DNA of 63,882 nucleotides, the filler included, from Octopus bimaculoides (lineage: Eukaryota): the NCBI RefSeq assembly GCF_001194135.2. It is 7 parts of 7 records of this genome, joined end to end, with 100 filler letters (N's around TTAATTAATTAA, not from the genome) between each part and the next. Parts side by side here need not be neighbours in the genome. Positions count along the whole stretch, not along the records: positions 1 to 12,615 come from NC_068984.1; positions 12,716 to 19,760 come from NC_068999.1; 5 more parts are not named here. One strand, written 5' to 3'. Position numbers and translations under genes: made by a program. This document shows positions 1-12,760 of this stretch, piece after piece. Positions within the stretch are counted from its first letter, which is position 1; each line of letters begins with the position of its first letter. Below the pieces are notes generated by a model. That model worked only from the letters and a program-made list of their open reading frames with translations, was not told the origin of the DNA and ran no database searches.

Positions 1-125
1 GTACGCATGCGTCATACAGTCTGCCTTTTACTCTGAGTGAGAGTCCCTTTGTCGCCAGCAGGGGTAAGAGCTCTCTAAACTTTGCCCAGGCTATTCTTAT
101 TCTAGCAGCTACACTTTCAGCGCAC
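1..125 (-). mobile_element. RTE-clade LINE fragment (window edge)
   Basis: Minus strand reads ...ARIRIAWAKFRELLPLL..., the same family as 24006-24513. Confidence 0.85.
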
Positions 126-235
126 CCACCCCCACTACTAACTTGGTCGCCCAGATAGCGGAAGCTATCGACTACCTCTAGTTTTTCACCCTGGAATAAT
201 TATGTTTATAATTATGTTTATAATTATAGAATATT

Positions 236-276
<41 letters not shown>

Positions 277-547
277 CAAATGTGAGACCCATATATGAAA
301 CAGATTCCTCTGAACAAACATGTAAAAATATGTGCAACAAACAACACCCTGAAATTCTCAGGATTCCCCCTTTATCTTGGTTCTGATAAGTCTACAGATA
401 AAACACAGATAAATAAAGAAAATATGTTTATCAAACAGTATGAACTACAGCTTAATTGTACTAAATTGTACAATTTAATTACAACATATTGTAATGGGTC
501 ACAAACTAAAACTTGAAACCATAATATGTTTCGAAATCAGTCTTGAT

Positions 548-700
548 TGTTATTCTTTTATTCTTTCACTTGTTTTAATCATTTGACTGTGGCCATGCTG
601 GAGCACTACCTTAAAGGGATTTTAGCCAAAGAAATCAACCCTAGGATTATTATTTGTAATCCTAGTACATATTTTATCGGACAGAACTTATGGGATGACC
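548..700 (-). mobile_element. SINE family 1 (CORE-like, internal microsatellite), 3' part
   Basis: Carries the tail motif ...CATTTGACTGTGGCCATGCTGGAGCAC... shared with many copies in the window. Confidence 0.75.
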
Positions 701-812
701 TGATATATATAATTGTCATTCAGCTGGTAACCCAGGTTTGTTTTCTCTTGAATTATCCATTGTTTTAATATATTTCGAAACACACGCACACATGACTATA
801 CATTTGAATGTA

Positions 813-869
<57 letters not shown>

Positions 870-1429
870 CATGTGCATGTGTGTGTGGAGGTAATTCAGC
901 ATATTCTTACTACAGGCATACTCTAATGTAGTTTCCCTAACATTGTACAGCTCTTCAAAAGTTCCATTCTTCTGCTGTTCATTTTATCTTGTTCTCAATA
1001 ACTCCCAGCCACAAGGCCATATTTATCCCAACGTATATTTTAACAACAATGGAAGAAGACAATTCAATTATTCACCTAGGTCATTTCCTCCCTTTATTTT
1101 GCATGTTTTGTTTCCTCACTTTCATTTTTTTCATGCCTTTGTTTTATGTTTTTGTTCCTGGTCTATACTATGCTACCGGAATAAATGAGTTGTCAATTAA
1201 CGATGTATTATGAATTGATTAGCCAATAGTCAATAAAAGATCATTGGGTAATAAATAGACAGCATTCATTTTAAAAGATAAATCATTGTCAAACTAAGAG
1301 AATACAGGTTACATTTAGACATTAATCTGTGCAGGTAAAGTTGCTTCTTAGACAAGAACACTGTTTTTACACAAAAGGACTAAGAAGTTTAATGTAGTGA
1401 TTTCTTTTTTTAAGCAAAAGTGTATTCAT

Positions 1430-1640
1430 CATCATCATCATTTAATGTCTGCTTTCCATGTTAACATGGGCTAGACGGTTTGATTGGGACTGGTAAGCTG
1501 GAGAGTTGCACTAGGTTCCAGTCTGATTTGGCATGGTTTCTATGGCTGGATGCCCTTCTTAACACCAACCACTCCAAGAGTGTAATGGGTGCTTTTTACG
1601 TGCTACCAGCATGGGTGTCATTTACAGGACACTGGCGATG
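1430..1640 (-). mobile_element. RTE 3' tail fragment ending in (ATG)n
   Basis: Reverse complement of ...CATCCAGCC...AACCCATG..AGCATGGAAAGC.GAC.TTAAA(TGA)n. Confidence 0.75.
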
Positions 1641-1907
1641 GCCCTGACTACAATTTCACTTGGTTTGGCAAGTCTTCTCAAGCACAGTATTGCTATGATG
1701 CCCCACCACTACTTCTGCTTGTGATCAGAGATGCACATGTCATCGGCCATCAAGGGACATGCTCAAATGGTAATGGTCAAATAACTCACAAGCTAATCTG
1801 TGATATTGAGCAGAGTATTTACACCAAGACAAAACATGTACATGATAACACTTCCAATCAGTTAACATCAGAAGTCATGACAGCCAATACCTGGTATTGC
1901 ATCTGGG

Positions 1908-1938
<31 letters not shown>

Positions 1939-2130
1939 CATATTCATTAGCATCTTCTTTCAATTGTGTTTCCATTTCTTGCTGAGTGCTTTCCTGACAC
2001 CCAGGGCAGAGAAACATACTGCATAAATTGGTAGGCCATTAAAATAAACACACCAGATTGTTCATTTACAAAGTCATGTGATAGAGAAAAAGGGGAAGAC
2101 TATCCTTATTATTATTATTATTATTATTAT

Positions 2131-2558
2131 TGAGTGAGAGAGCAGGGCATGCCATCAAAGTGACACTGGGGTAAAATATACGAAGCCCATTATACCCATC
2201 ATGTCTGATAAGGGTACACCAGGCACATGCATCACAACCATATGTGTGCAACATGGTGATCTCATATCAAGATAAACAGCNNNNNNNNNNTAGAATTTTC
2301 TTCAGGTCGAGTAGCCCATCCTGCTCAAAAGGTCCCTGAATAAGGTTTGTTTAAGGATGTTGAGCAAAACACTCATGTTTCCAAAGGTGAATTATTCAAA
2401 CCCCAAAGAATTCCTCCCAACACATGGCTATGATGCTCCACCACTACTTCTGCTCATGATCAGAGATGCACATATCGTCAGCCACCAAGAGACATGCTCA
2501 ACTGGTTAAGGTCAAACAACTGACAAGCAAATCTGTGGTATTGAGCAGAATATTTGCT
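2131..2558 (-). mobile_element. Non-coding ~430-bp element flanked by (TAA)n/(GAA)n on both sides
   Basis: Bounded by (TAT)n at left and (TTC)n(TTA)n at right. Homologous pieces at about 1690-1828, 4740-4908 and 58697-58908, the last ending in (AAT)n. Confidence 0.75.
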
Positions 2559-3494
2559 TCTTCTTCTTCTTCTTCTTCTTCTTATTATTATTATTATTCT
2601 GTTGCTAAGTAATAGTGGCTATATTTCACTGACTTGAAACGAGTAAATTATCAGCAATTTGTTTCATTGAAATTGGGTTAGACAAAAGGCAAATTCAGCT
2701 TCAATAGTTATTGTTATGCATCTAGTCTGATGAAGTGAGGTACTTAATGTGTCACTACAGAGTTAATTATTCTTTAATACAAAGTAACTGGTCAAGAATT
2801 GATCAAGACATTAAGAAAAAAAACAAAACAACCAGAACAAAATGATGATAATGATCATTATCTTAATCAAAATGTAAAATTATTGATTCATAGAGACACC
2901 ATTCAAGACTTTGTTTTGACATAAATGTGTCTAAGACAGCTAAGATTCAAGTAATACTCGTGACAAAATTTGAAGACCTGCAAAGCAGTAATAGCCACTG
3001 CTTTTATAATGCCGCTGCTGCTGTGTACACTGGTTAGTTGTCTCTACCATTTGGTGCTTGTTTGCAATGCAGCAGACTCAAGCATTTAAAAAATTAAATA
3101 TCATAGCCATAGATATATAGTGCTGGTGGCCAGGCATAGACTGTCTATATTTTGACAGGATAATCCATGAGAGTATCAACTATCACCGCATCTCCAGTCA
3201 AATGACAACATAACCAGATTAATATCAGTTTTCAAATCATTGAGAAATCAGTGAGATGACTGAAATTGTAGAGTATCAAGTTAGTGTTTTACAGTATTGA
3301 GTTGTATTTCTTACATACCCTGCAGTGCTCGAGTTTAGTGTTTCTCAACCATTTTTTACTTATGGACACCTTTGATTCCTCTCTGTCTCTCTCTCTGGGT
3401 AATCTTGTACTTCCTCTACAGGAAGACACCTGTTCCTGTCTCTCTGTCTCACTATAACCTTTCAACATCACTTCTTTCACACATCAGTGCCGCC

Positions 3495-3762
3495 GAACTG
3501 GCTCTTGTGCAGGTGGCACATAAAATACACCATTTTGAGCGTGGCCGTTGCCAGTACCGCCTGACTGGCCTTCGTGCCGGTGGCACGTAAAAAGCACCCA
3601 CTACACTCTCTGAGTGGTTGGCGTTAGGAAGGGCATCCAGCTGTAGAAACTCTGCCAAATCAGATTGGAGCCTGGTGTAGCCATCTGGTTTCACCAGTCC
3701 TCAGTCAAATCGTCCAACCCATGCTAGCATGGAAAGTGGACGTTAAACGATGATGATGATGA
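3495..3762 (+). mobile_element. RTE 3' UTR/tail copy ending in (ATG)n
   Basis: GTGGCAC repeat units, then AAAAGCACCCACTACACTCTC...GGAAAGTGGACGTTAAACGATGATG. Nearly identical to 27200-27330. Confidence 0.85.
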
Positions 3763-3764
3763 TG

Positions 3765-4128
3765 GTCAGACTGTGGCTATGCTGAGGCACTGCTTTGAAG
3801 AATTTCTGGTCAAATGAATTGACCCCAGTACTTATTTTCTTAAGCCTGGTATTTATTCTATCGATCTCTCTGGCCAAACTGCTAAATTATGGGGACATAA
3901 ACACACCAGCACTGCTTGTCAAGTGGTGGTGAGAAACTAACACACACACACACACATACACATGCATACACACAAAGTGCTTCTTTCAGTTTTCATCTAC
4001 CAAATCCACTCACAAATCTTCGTTCAGTCCAAAGCTATTATAGTAGATGACACTTGCCCAAGGTGCTGTGAGGTGGGACTAAACCCAGAACCATGTTGTT
4101 GGGAAGCAAACTTTTTACCACACAGCCA
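3765..4128 (-). mobile_element. SINE family 1, near full length
   Basis: tRNA-like head, CCTTGGGCAAGTGTC motif, internal (CA)n and the shared tail. Confidence 0.85.
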
Positions 4129-5347
4129 CAATCCAAATTTCAAAACTGGATTGCTAAGTAAGAATTAAGAGAAGCATTAATTCTTGCATTAGTTTCAAGC
4201 TTCAGATAAGCAACGAAAAACCAATGTGAATTTTCCTTATTTATTGTTTACACTACAGAGCCTCTAACGTGTAAACAAAGTGCTAGAGTTACATAATATA
4301 TGCAAAAGATTAAAATTTAAAAACCTAAATAATATGATAACGATTGTGAATAAATTCTAGGTTTCGACTGTGGATTACTAAGGAAGAATCAATAGAAGTG
4401 TTCAAGTTTACATTAGCTTCAAGCTTTGAATATACAAAGAAAGAGAAAAATAAGAACCTGTGTTACTTATCTCTTTAGTAATTGTTAGACTTACATAATA
4501 TTATTGCAACTAGGCTGCATACTTGGCTGTTTCAACAAGAATCTATGTAAAACTAATGACTTCTTAGGTTGACTTGAAATTTTAGACTTAAACCAAGGTT
4601 TAGTCACAGTTTTAAGCACAAAGTCAGCTTTTATCTAATAGATTTTTTGACCTTGGGTAGCAATGGTTATTTCCTATTTGCTTACCCCTAGATAGTATGA
4701 CAAATGGCTAACATATCCTTCAAACTTTCCATTTATAACATTTATTCAAACCACAAGGAATCCCACTCAACACATGGCTATGTCGCTCCCCCACTACTCC
4801 TGTTTATGATCAGAGATGCACATAGTGTCAGCTACCAAGGGACATACTCAAGTGGTTAAGGTTAAGCAACTGACAAGCAAATCTGTGGTATTGAGCAGAA
4901 TATTTGCTATTACGATATTTCTGCTTCAACAACTCAATGCTGGATCTGTCTGAAATGTAATGGAAAATAAGTCAGTTTCAAAACACTGATGTCCTGGTCT
5001 CAAAAGCAATGTTTGAAGGGAATAGTAATCATTTCCTTTGATTTTTAGATAGAAGCAAATATGAAATAACACTTACTGACCAAAGAGAAAAAATAGAAAA
5101 AATTGTTACACAATGTAATCAAAGGTATTCCAACTTTCCAGTCCATTTACAAATCAAGGATAACATTATCCAAAGTGTTCCTTTTCTATCAATGTCAAGA
5201 TTTGATTTGCTGGAAACTTAGCAATTATTTCTAGGAGATGGTATTACTGTGTAATGGCTTCCTAAATTGCTCTGGTTATTGTTATTTAACCCCAGGCAAG
5301 TCCTGAGCTCTGACCAAGCAAACCTATTTATACCAGAACAGCGAAAT

Positions 5348-5515
5348 AGGTGCAGGCATGGCTGTGTGATAAGAAGTTTGCTTCCCGACCACATGGTTTA
5401 GGATTCAGTCCCACTGTGTGGAACCTTGGGCAAGTATCTTCTATAACAGTCTCAGACCAATCAAAGCCTTTGAGTGGATTTGATAGATGGAAACCAAAAG
5501 AATCCTATCATAAAT
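5348..5515 (+). mobile_element. SINE family 1, 5' half
   Basis: GGTGCAGGCATGGCTGTGTG...GGATTCAGTCCCACTG...CCTTGGGCAAGTATCTTCT. Confidence 0.85.
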
Positions 5516-5683
5516 GTGTATATAAATGATGGTTTTTTTTTCCTTTTGAGGTTTTTTTCATGCTAGCTACTTGATAAATTCTTGTAAAAGATTTTATCCT
5601 ATTATTGAATTAATTAAGTATATATATATAGATCATCATCATCATTGTTAAACTTCCACCTTCTTCCATGTTGGTATGGGTTA

Positions 5684-5724
<41 letters not shown>

Positions 5725-5849
5725 CACATAGGGTAAAGAACCCTTCTGAGGTACAAGTTTGGGCAAGGTTGTTTTTGGAAGACCAGTGGTCGCCCATGCA
5801 TTCCGGCCTCCGCTCTCCATGCCACCGATGTTATCCATGGGAAAAGCAA

Positions 5850-6072
5850 AGGCTGATACAGCTTGGCACCAATGATGTCGCAACTCATTTCTACAGCCAA
5901 GTGAACTGGAGTGACATGAAACAAAGTGTCTTGCTCAAGAACCCGGTCCAAGAATCAAGCCCACTACCTCATGATTGTGACACACGCACACACATACACA
6001 CATACAACATTACCAAGCCCACCAATCACCCAGTTGCCATCAGTCCAATGCCCTAACCACTGAGCCATGCAC
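5850..6072 (-). mobile_element. SINE family 2 (tRNA head + TTGAGCAAGACACTT body)
   Basis: Reverse complement carries an A-box-like TGGCTCAGTGG head and the CTTGAGCAAGACACTT...CTCCAGT.CACT...CTGTAGAAATGAG body. Confidence 0.7.
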
Positions 6073-6139
6073 TTTCACATATATGTGCGTGCGTGTGTGT
6101 GTGTGTTACTATCTTCTTGCCTTGCTACCGCATGATAGT

Positions 6140-6345
6140 CACAAGCATCACCATCATGCCAGCCATGTCCTTTGTTTTCAATCTTCTAAGACATGTCTGG
6201 TCATGGGGAAATATCACCTTGCTTGGAAACGGGTGACAAGAATAGCATCCAGCAGTAGAAAATTCGCCTCAACAAATTCCATCCAACCCATGCAAGCATG
6301 GAAAAGTGGGCATTAGAAAACACTGGTAATGATGATGACGATGAA
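6140..6345 (+). mobile_element. SINE-type 3' part with RTE-like (ATG)n tail
   Basis: GGAAATATCACCTTGCTTGGAAAC...CATCCAGCAGTAGAAAAT...AACCCATGCAAGCATGGAAAAG. Related copies at about 8815-9047, 20150-20360, 21810-21990 and 30090-30220. Confidence 0.7.
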
Positions 6346-6676
6346 GACTGAATGAATGAACAATAAGATCTGACAAGCTAACGAAGGAGCATCTACACTC
6401 ATGCTTGACCTACCGCAAGTATCAGTTAAATCTCCCTTGAATCATTGTGCTCCACTGTCTTGTATAAGGACAGGATATATTAGATTAATGTAACATTATG
6501 AGCCCCCTAAAAAAAAATGGGATGGTGATGGTTAGACTACCTTTAACATAGGCTTGTTAATCAGGGTTACTTCTGGGGGCTAAATGACGACGACATGAAG
6601 CTTCCACGAATGCAGTCTCACTATTGCATCACAGTGATTACGTTTTCAGCAATATTTTCTGAATGATAACAGCACA

Positions 6677-7088
6677 TACTCTTTACTCTTTTACTTGTTT
6701 CAGTCATTTGACTGCCGCCATGCTGGAGCACTGCCTTTAGTCAGGCAAATCGACGCTAGGACTTATTCTTTGGAAGCCTAGTACTTATTCTATCGGTCTC
6801 TTTTGCCAAACCGCTAATGTTACGGAGGACGTAAACACACTAGCGTTGGTTGTCAAGTGATGTTGGGGGAACAAACACAGACACACAAATATATACACAC
6901 ACATACACATATATATACATATATATGACGGGCTTCTTTCAGTTTCCGTCTACCAAATCCCCCCACAAGGCTTTGGTCGGCCCGAGGCTATAGTAGAAGA
7001 CACCTGTCCAAGGTGCCACGCAGTGGGACCGAACCCGGAACCATGTGGTTGGTAAGCAAGCTACTTACCACACAGCCACTCCTGCGCC
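6677..7088 (-). mobile_element. SINE family 1, full length, young
   Basis: Head GGCGCAGGAGTGGCTGTGTGG (A-box-like) and GGGTTCGGTCCC (B-box-like), CORE-like segment, internal TA/TG tract, tail ...TGACTGAAACAAGTAAAAAGAGTA. CpGs retained. Confidence 0.92.
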
Positions 7089-7232
7089 TAGAATGAATTT
7101 GATGAAATCCTTTCGGAGGAAAGCAATTTGTTCCATCTAATTGTCGGCAATTATCAAAACTTTGCCAATTAGGGGAAGAGTAAGAACTAATAACAACAAC
7201 AATGACGAAAATAATAAACATAATAATGATGA

Positions 7233-7281
<49 letters not shown>

Positions 7282-7792
7282 NNNNNNNNNNTGATGATGA
7301 TAAAAGCTGCTTGCAGAATTTCATAAAGTTCTCAAATTAAGTAATTAAAAGCTTGAGATATTGATTGTGCACGATACAGTTTGAAGTGTTTTCTTCTCTT
7401 TAACTTATTCTTTATCATCATTACACTTATTATTATTATAATTATTATTATTATTATTATTATTATTGTTATTATTCACTTTTTGGTTTTATAGGATGAT
7501 ATGTCACACTTTGTTGCAATTAGGATCCATTTACAAGTAGTAATCTTGCATGTCGATGCCTTTTTAATGCTAATTTGATATGGAGCTAACCTTAGATCAC
7601 GGGAGAGTGATTTAGGCAGAATCATTAAAGTGATATTTATTCTGGCTCTTTGCATTCAGAGTTCAAATTCTGCTGAGGTGAGGTCAACTTTTCCGTTCAA
7701 CCTTCCAGGTTTGATAACATAAATATGCTGGTCCAGGGTGGTGGATGAGTGGTATTGTGAGAGAAATTATTCTTTGTGTAGAGTATGTTCTG

Positions 7793-7913
7793 TGTGGTAA
7801 GAAAATTGCTTCCAAACCGCATAGCAGCTTGGGCAAGTGTCTTCTACTATATCTTTGGGTTAACCAAAGATTTGTGAGTGGATTTGGTACACAGAAACTG
7901 AGAGAAGCCTGTC

Positions 7914-7955
<42 letters not shown>

Positions 7956-8428
7956 NNNNNNNNNNNNNNNNNNNNNNNNNNNNNNNNNNNNNNNNNNNNN
8001 NNNNNNNNNNNNNNNNNNNNNNNNNNNNNNNNNNNNNNNNNNNNNNNNNNNNNNNNNNNNNNNNNNNNNNNNNNNNNNNNNNNNNNNNNNNNNNNNNNNN
8101 NNNNNNNNNNNNNNNNNNNNNNNNNNNNNNNNNNNNNNNNNNNNNNNNNNNNNNNNNNNNNNNNNNNNNNNNNNNNNNNNNNNNNNNNNNNNNNNNNNNN
8201 NNNNNNNNNNNNNNNNNNNNNNNNNNNNNNNNNNNNNNNNNNNNNNNNNNNNNNNNNNNNNNNNNNNNNNNNNNNNNNNNNNNNNNNNNNNNNNNNNNNN
8301 NNNNNNNNNNNNNNNNNNNNNNNNNNNNNNNNNNNNNNNNNNNNNNNNNNNNNNNNNNNNNNNNNNNNNNNNNNNNNNNNNNNNNNNNNNNNNNNNNNNN
8401 NNNNNNNNNNNNNNNNNNNNNNNNNNNN

Positions 8429-8460
<32 letters not shown>

Positions 8461-8690
8461 ATATATATACATACATATATACATATATATGTATGTATAT
8501 ATCTATATGTGCGTGTCTTTGTGTCTGTGCTTACTATTCCGTAACTTAATGGTTTGGCAAAAGACACCAATAGAATTAGTACTTGGCTTTAAAAAAAATG
8601 AGTCATGGGGTCAATTTGTTTGACTAAAACCCTTCAAAACAGTGCTCCAGCATGACTGCAGTCAAATGACTGAAACAAATAAAAGAATAT
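7793..8690 (+). mobile_element. SINE family 1 copy spanning an N gap in its internal (TA)n
   Basis: 5' half before the gap and 3' half with tail after it. Confidence 0.75.
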
Positions 8691-8904
8691 GTTCTGAGTT
8701 CAAATCCTGCTGATGACAGTTCTGCATTTCATCATTCTGGGTGGGGAACCAATAAAATAAAGACCTGATCAAAATACTGGAATACAGCTCTCTTTCTCTC
8801 TCTCTTTGAAGAGTGAGATTAGTGACAAAAATGGCATCCAGCAGAAGAAAATTCACCTTAACAAATTCCATCCAACCCATGTAAATGGACGTGAAAACAC
8901 TGAG

Positions 8905-9047
8905 GACGATGATGATGATGATGATGATGATGAGGATGATGATGATGAGGATGATGATGATGAGGATGATGATGATGAGGATGATGATGATGATGAGGAT
9001 GATGATGAGGATGATGATGATGAGGATGATGATGATGATGATGATGT
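8905..9047 (+). repeat. Expanded (GAT)n/GAG tail of a SINE/RTE end
   Basis: GAT triplets with periodic GAG directly after the AACCCATG tail motif. Confidence 0.9.
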
Positions 9048-9269
9048 AGCCTGCTACAAATATCAGCCAAATCTTCTTTGAATCATTACACTCTACTGCC
9101 ACAACTTTCAGGTTATGCTAGGTTAAGTGAGCAAAACTCAAGACAGAATCAAGATGTTGTAATCAGATTACATATATTTTGGTTAAAAAAAAAAGGAAGA
9201 CAATATTGTCATTGTGTTTACGTATTAAGAAATTAGAAACTTTGAAAGCCTGGTAGAGCCCATCCCTCT

Positions 9270-9580
9270 CCAGGCTAAACTCATTTCTACAGCTGAGTGG
9301 AGTGGAGCAGTATGAGATGGAGTGATTTCCTCAAGAATGTAACGGATTGCCTGGTCCAAGGGACCAAAACCACAATCTTACAGTAGTGAATCCAACACCC
9401 TAACCACTAAGTGACGTGCCTCCTCCAGTGGTAATCATTTCTACAACTGAATGGACTGGATCAATGTGAAGTGAAGTGTTTTTGCACAAGAACACAACAC
9501 ATCACCCAGTCCAGGAATTGAAACTACAATCTTACGATTGTGAGTTCAATAACCTAACCACTAAGTCACTTGCCTTCATG
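9270..9580 (-). mobile_element. Two tandem SINE family 2 copies
   Basis: Two consecutive units CTCATTTCTACA.CTG..TGGA.TGGA...CACAATCTTAC...CCTAACCACTAAGT at about 9275-9422 and 9433-9577. Confidence 0.75.
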
Positions 9581-11305
9581 CTGTAAATATAAAACAAAGT
9601 CAAAACTTTTCAAACTTAACTTCAGTAACATAAAGAACAAAAAAAAAAAAAGAAAAAAAAAAGCAGCTACCCAAATCCAGTCCGGCATTAGACAATTAGC
9701 TGAATGATTGTCGGTTCATATCCTGTTATGGACTGAAGTACTTCCCTTTCAACGGCTGAACTAAATATACTCCAAATTGGTACAGTAGGATGGTATGATT
9801 CATTACTATAAGCAGCAATGCAAGTCATTTTTTTTATTGTTCAGATCCATGTACAGCTCAAATCAAGCAGAACTACTATCAAAGATGTTGCAGCTCTGAC
9901 CATTTGGTCTTTTTGTATACCAAATTGTGTATAATTTTGAAAGAGATTTTGCTGCTATTTCTAATATGGAAGTCTAATAGCTTCTTTGTATTTTTGTTTG
10001 CTTTTTATAATGACTTCAATTCATCAAGTCAAGCTATCTGCAACATGCTTCACCACCATATCTTGGTGAAGAAATTGCAAATGGAGAAGCTAAAAATATG
10101 ACGATCTCTAAGAAAAAGCAGAATTTCATTATTCTAAGAAAATAAAACAAAAAACAAAACAAAAGGACTGCATAAAAAAGATCAAGTTTTGTACACAATT
10201 TACAAATTGATCTTAAGTTTTAGAATATCCACATTGTTTCTACAGCAACTAAACAAATGACAAAACAGCAAACAAAAGTACAAAGTATCTAATTCTGTTA
10301 TGATGGAAGGAAAGGAGGAGTGGTCTTTCATCAAAAAGCAAAAAAAAAAAAGAAAAAAAAGAAAAAAGAATAATCATTGTTATGTGTGACAAGCAGTATT
10401 AGTTTAAGATAGCAATCTGTGCATCATACTTAAAGCAGGTACATCACCGAAAGCCTAATTTACTGCAGTATTCATTCTGAGATATCTCTTATAGACATAC
10501 TGTGTAAAAAACACAGATATATATCAGCAGCAGACGAAAATCACCTAGTAGTAGTTGTGACATTGCTACTGCAGTAGGCTGGCTCATTGTGACATCAGTG
10601 ATTTTCAATGTCTGTTTTACTATATCGGTAATGGCAGATTTTGTCTTAGCAAGCAGTTGCCAATGGATGCTTGCAACTGATGAAGCATAAAGAGGCAGAA
10701 ATGTACATTTAACAATGCCACCTCAACTGCTGGATCATTTTCATCTGCTACTGATATATTTCTGAGTCTTTTAACACTGTATGTCCACAAGAGATTTTAT
10801 CTCAGGATGAATACTGTGGTCAGGGTTGTTATTTCCATGATGTTATTTCAAGGTTCTTAACCACACATCCACGCTGGCGTATATAAACAGACCAGATAAC
10901 AAGATATCAGCACCTGAAAAGTGTGCTCATAATGTAATCCTTTCAGACTGCTGAGACATAGATCTCTCTCTTGCTCTCTCTCTCTCTGGTTTGTTGTAAG
11001 ATCAGACTTTGGCCTCCACTAAGAAAACAAAATGTTTCAAAAATGTCCACAAGGAAGACATGAAGTTATTGGACATTAACAGTGATAACGAGAGACCATA
11101 GCAAGCGATTGCTATTATTGGCATGTAGAATATGGTAGAGGTTAAACCCTTGTGTATTGAAACTCATTAACACCATAAAACCCAGCACTTAGACAAATTA
11201 GTACAATTCAAATCACAAGTAGATGATCTCCTTTATAGAAGCACTAAAAAGAGATGCTCAGCCAAGATGGGATTCTTTCGGGTAGTCCAAGAATTCACAT
11301 ACTTG

Positions 11306-11861
11306 TCATCCTTTACCTTATTTCCAAACACTGGCTGAGTATGTGTGCGGAGACAGCCAAAAGAAGCTTTTGACCTGGACTACCTTCTTCCAACTGTTAA
11401 ACATGGAGGAGGATCTGTGATGATCTAGGGGGCTATATCTTGGAAATCCGCTGGCCTAATGGTTTCCTTTCATGGCAGAATTAATAGTCAAGACTATTTA
11501 AGCATTTTATCTGATCAAATACATCGTACCAATTCACACAGCTAAAGTTGTTACTGAATGGCACGAGGAACATTCTAGTAAAGTTGAACATCTTATCTGG
11601 CCACCACAGTCCCCAGATTTCAATATTATTGAACATTTATGGTGCATTTTAGAAAAACAAGTAAGGAGTCGATGTCCTCCATCATCATCACTATAAGAAC
11701 TGAAGAATGGACAACAATTCCTTTGGAAAAAATTCAAACTTTGTACAAGTCCACACCTCGTAGAATTCAAGCTGTAACTACTGCCAAAAGTGGTCCTATC
11801 CCATATTAAAATTAATTTACTTGAAATTTTAAGGCGTTTCCATTATTTTGTCCAACCCCTG
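11306..11861 (+). mobile_element. Tc1-family transposon 3' fossil with right TIR
   Basis: Reads ...LLPTVKHGGGSVMI*GAISW...[deletion]...IHTAKVVTEWH...IWPPQSPDFNIIEHLW...PRRIQAV..AKSGPIPY*. Ends ...TTTTGTCCAACCCCTG followed by TA. Has stops and an internal deletion, and no left TIR is seen. Confidence 0.9.
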
Positions 11862-12237
11862 TATACACACACACACACAGACACACACACACACACATAC
11901 ATACATACATATATATATATACATACATATATATATATTTTTATATATATATATTTTTATATATATATATATATATCCTATTCAGAAATATATTACATAA
12001 AGTTTTTGTAATAAAACAAAAGAAAAAAAAAGCAAGAAAAAACACCAAAAACAAAAAATAAATTCTTAATCCACTTCCTACCCAACCCCCTAAACAACAA
12101 TCAAACAATAAAAGAAAAGAGAAAGAGAAAATATAGATAAATAAAGCAACCACAACAATCTAATTTTACAGACATTTTCCACACAGCCATTAGAGAGACA
12201 TAACAAAAGAGATATATATATATATATATATATGTAT

Positions 12238-12291
<54 letters not shown>

Positions 12292-12615
12292 GTACATGTA
12301 TACTAATGTGTGTGTAGAAACTACATAAATATATAAATGAGTGTGCATGTGTGTGTACATATGAATATTCATATATATATATATGCACACACACATACAT
12401 ATGTATATACAAACTCACTCTCATACATATGTATATACACACACACTCTCATATATATGTATATACACACACACTCTCATATATATGTATATATGTATAT
12501 ACACATACACTCTCATATGTTTGTATATATACACACATACACTCATATGTATATGTATGTATATATACTCATATATACACACATATATATTTATATACAT
12601 ATATATTTATATAAA

Positions 12616-12715
12616 NNNNNNNNNNNNNNNNNNNNNNNNNNNNNNNNNNNNNNNNNNNNTTAATTAATTAANNNNNNNNNNNNNNNNNNNNNNNNNNNNN
12701 NNNNNNNNNNNNNNN
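12616..12715. other. Artificial 100-bp assembly spacer (44 N + TTAATTAATTAA + 44 N)
   Basis: The identical construct recurs at 19761-19860, 35379-35478, 49044-49143, 60361-60460 and 62677-62776. Confidence 0.97.

Positions 12716-12760
<45 letters not shown>

Noticed and set aside
2727-2760. CTGATGA-AGTGA...TCACT
   Set aside because: Stem II is present but there is no GAAA and no cleavage triplet. Likely chance.
3326-3378. Possible hAT MITE left end (TAGTGTTTCTCAACC)
   Set aside because: No matching right TIR or TSD was found.
8806-9081. Acidic poly-D/E ORF, and the poly-H and poly-I ORFs on the other strand
   Set aside because: These are translations of an expanded GAT tail of a SINE/RTE end.
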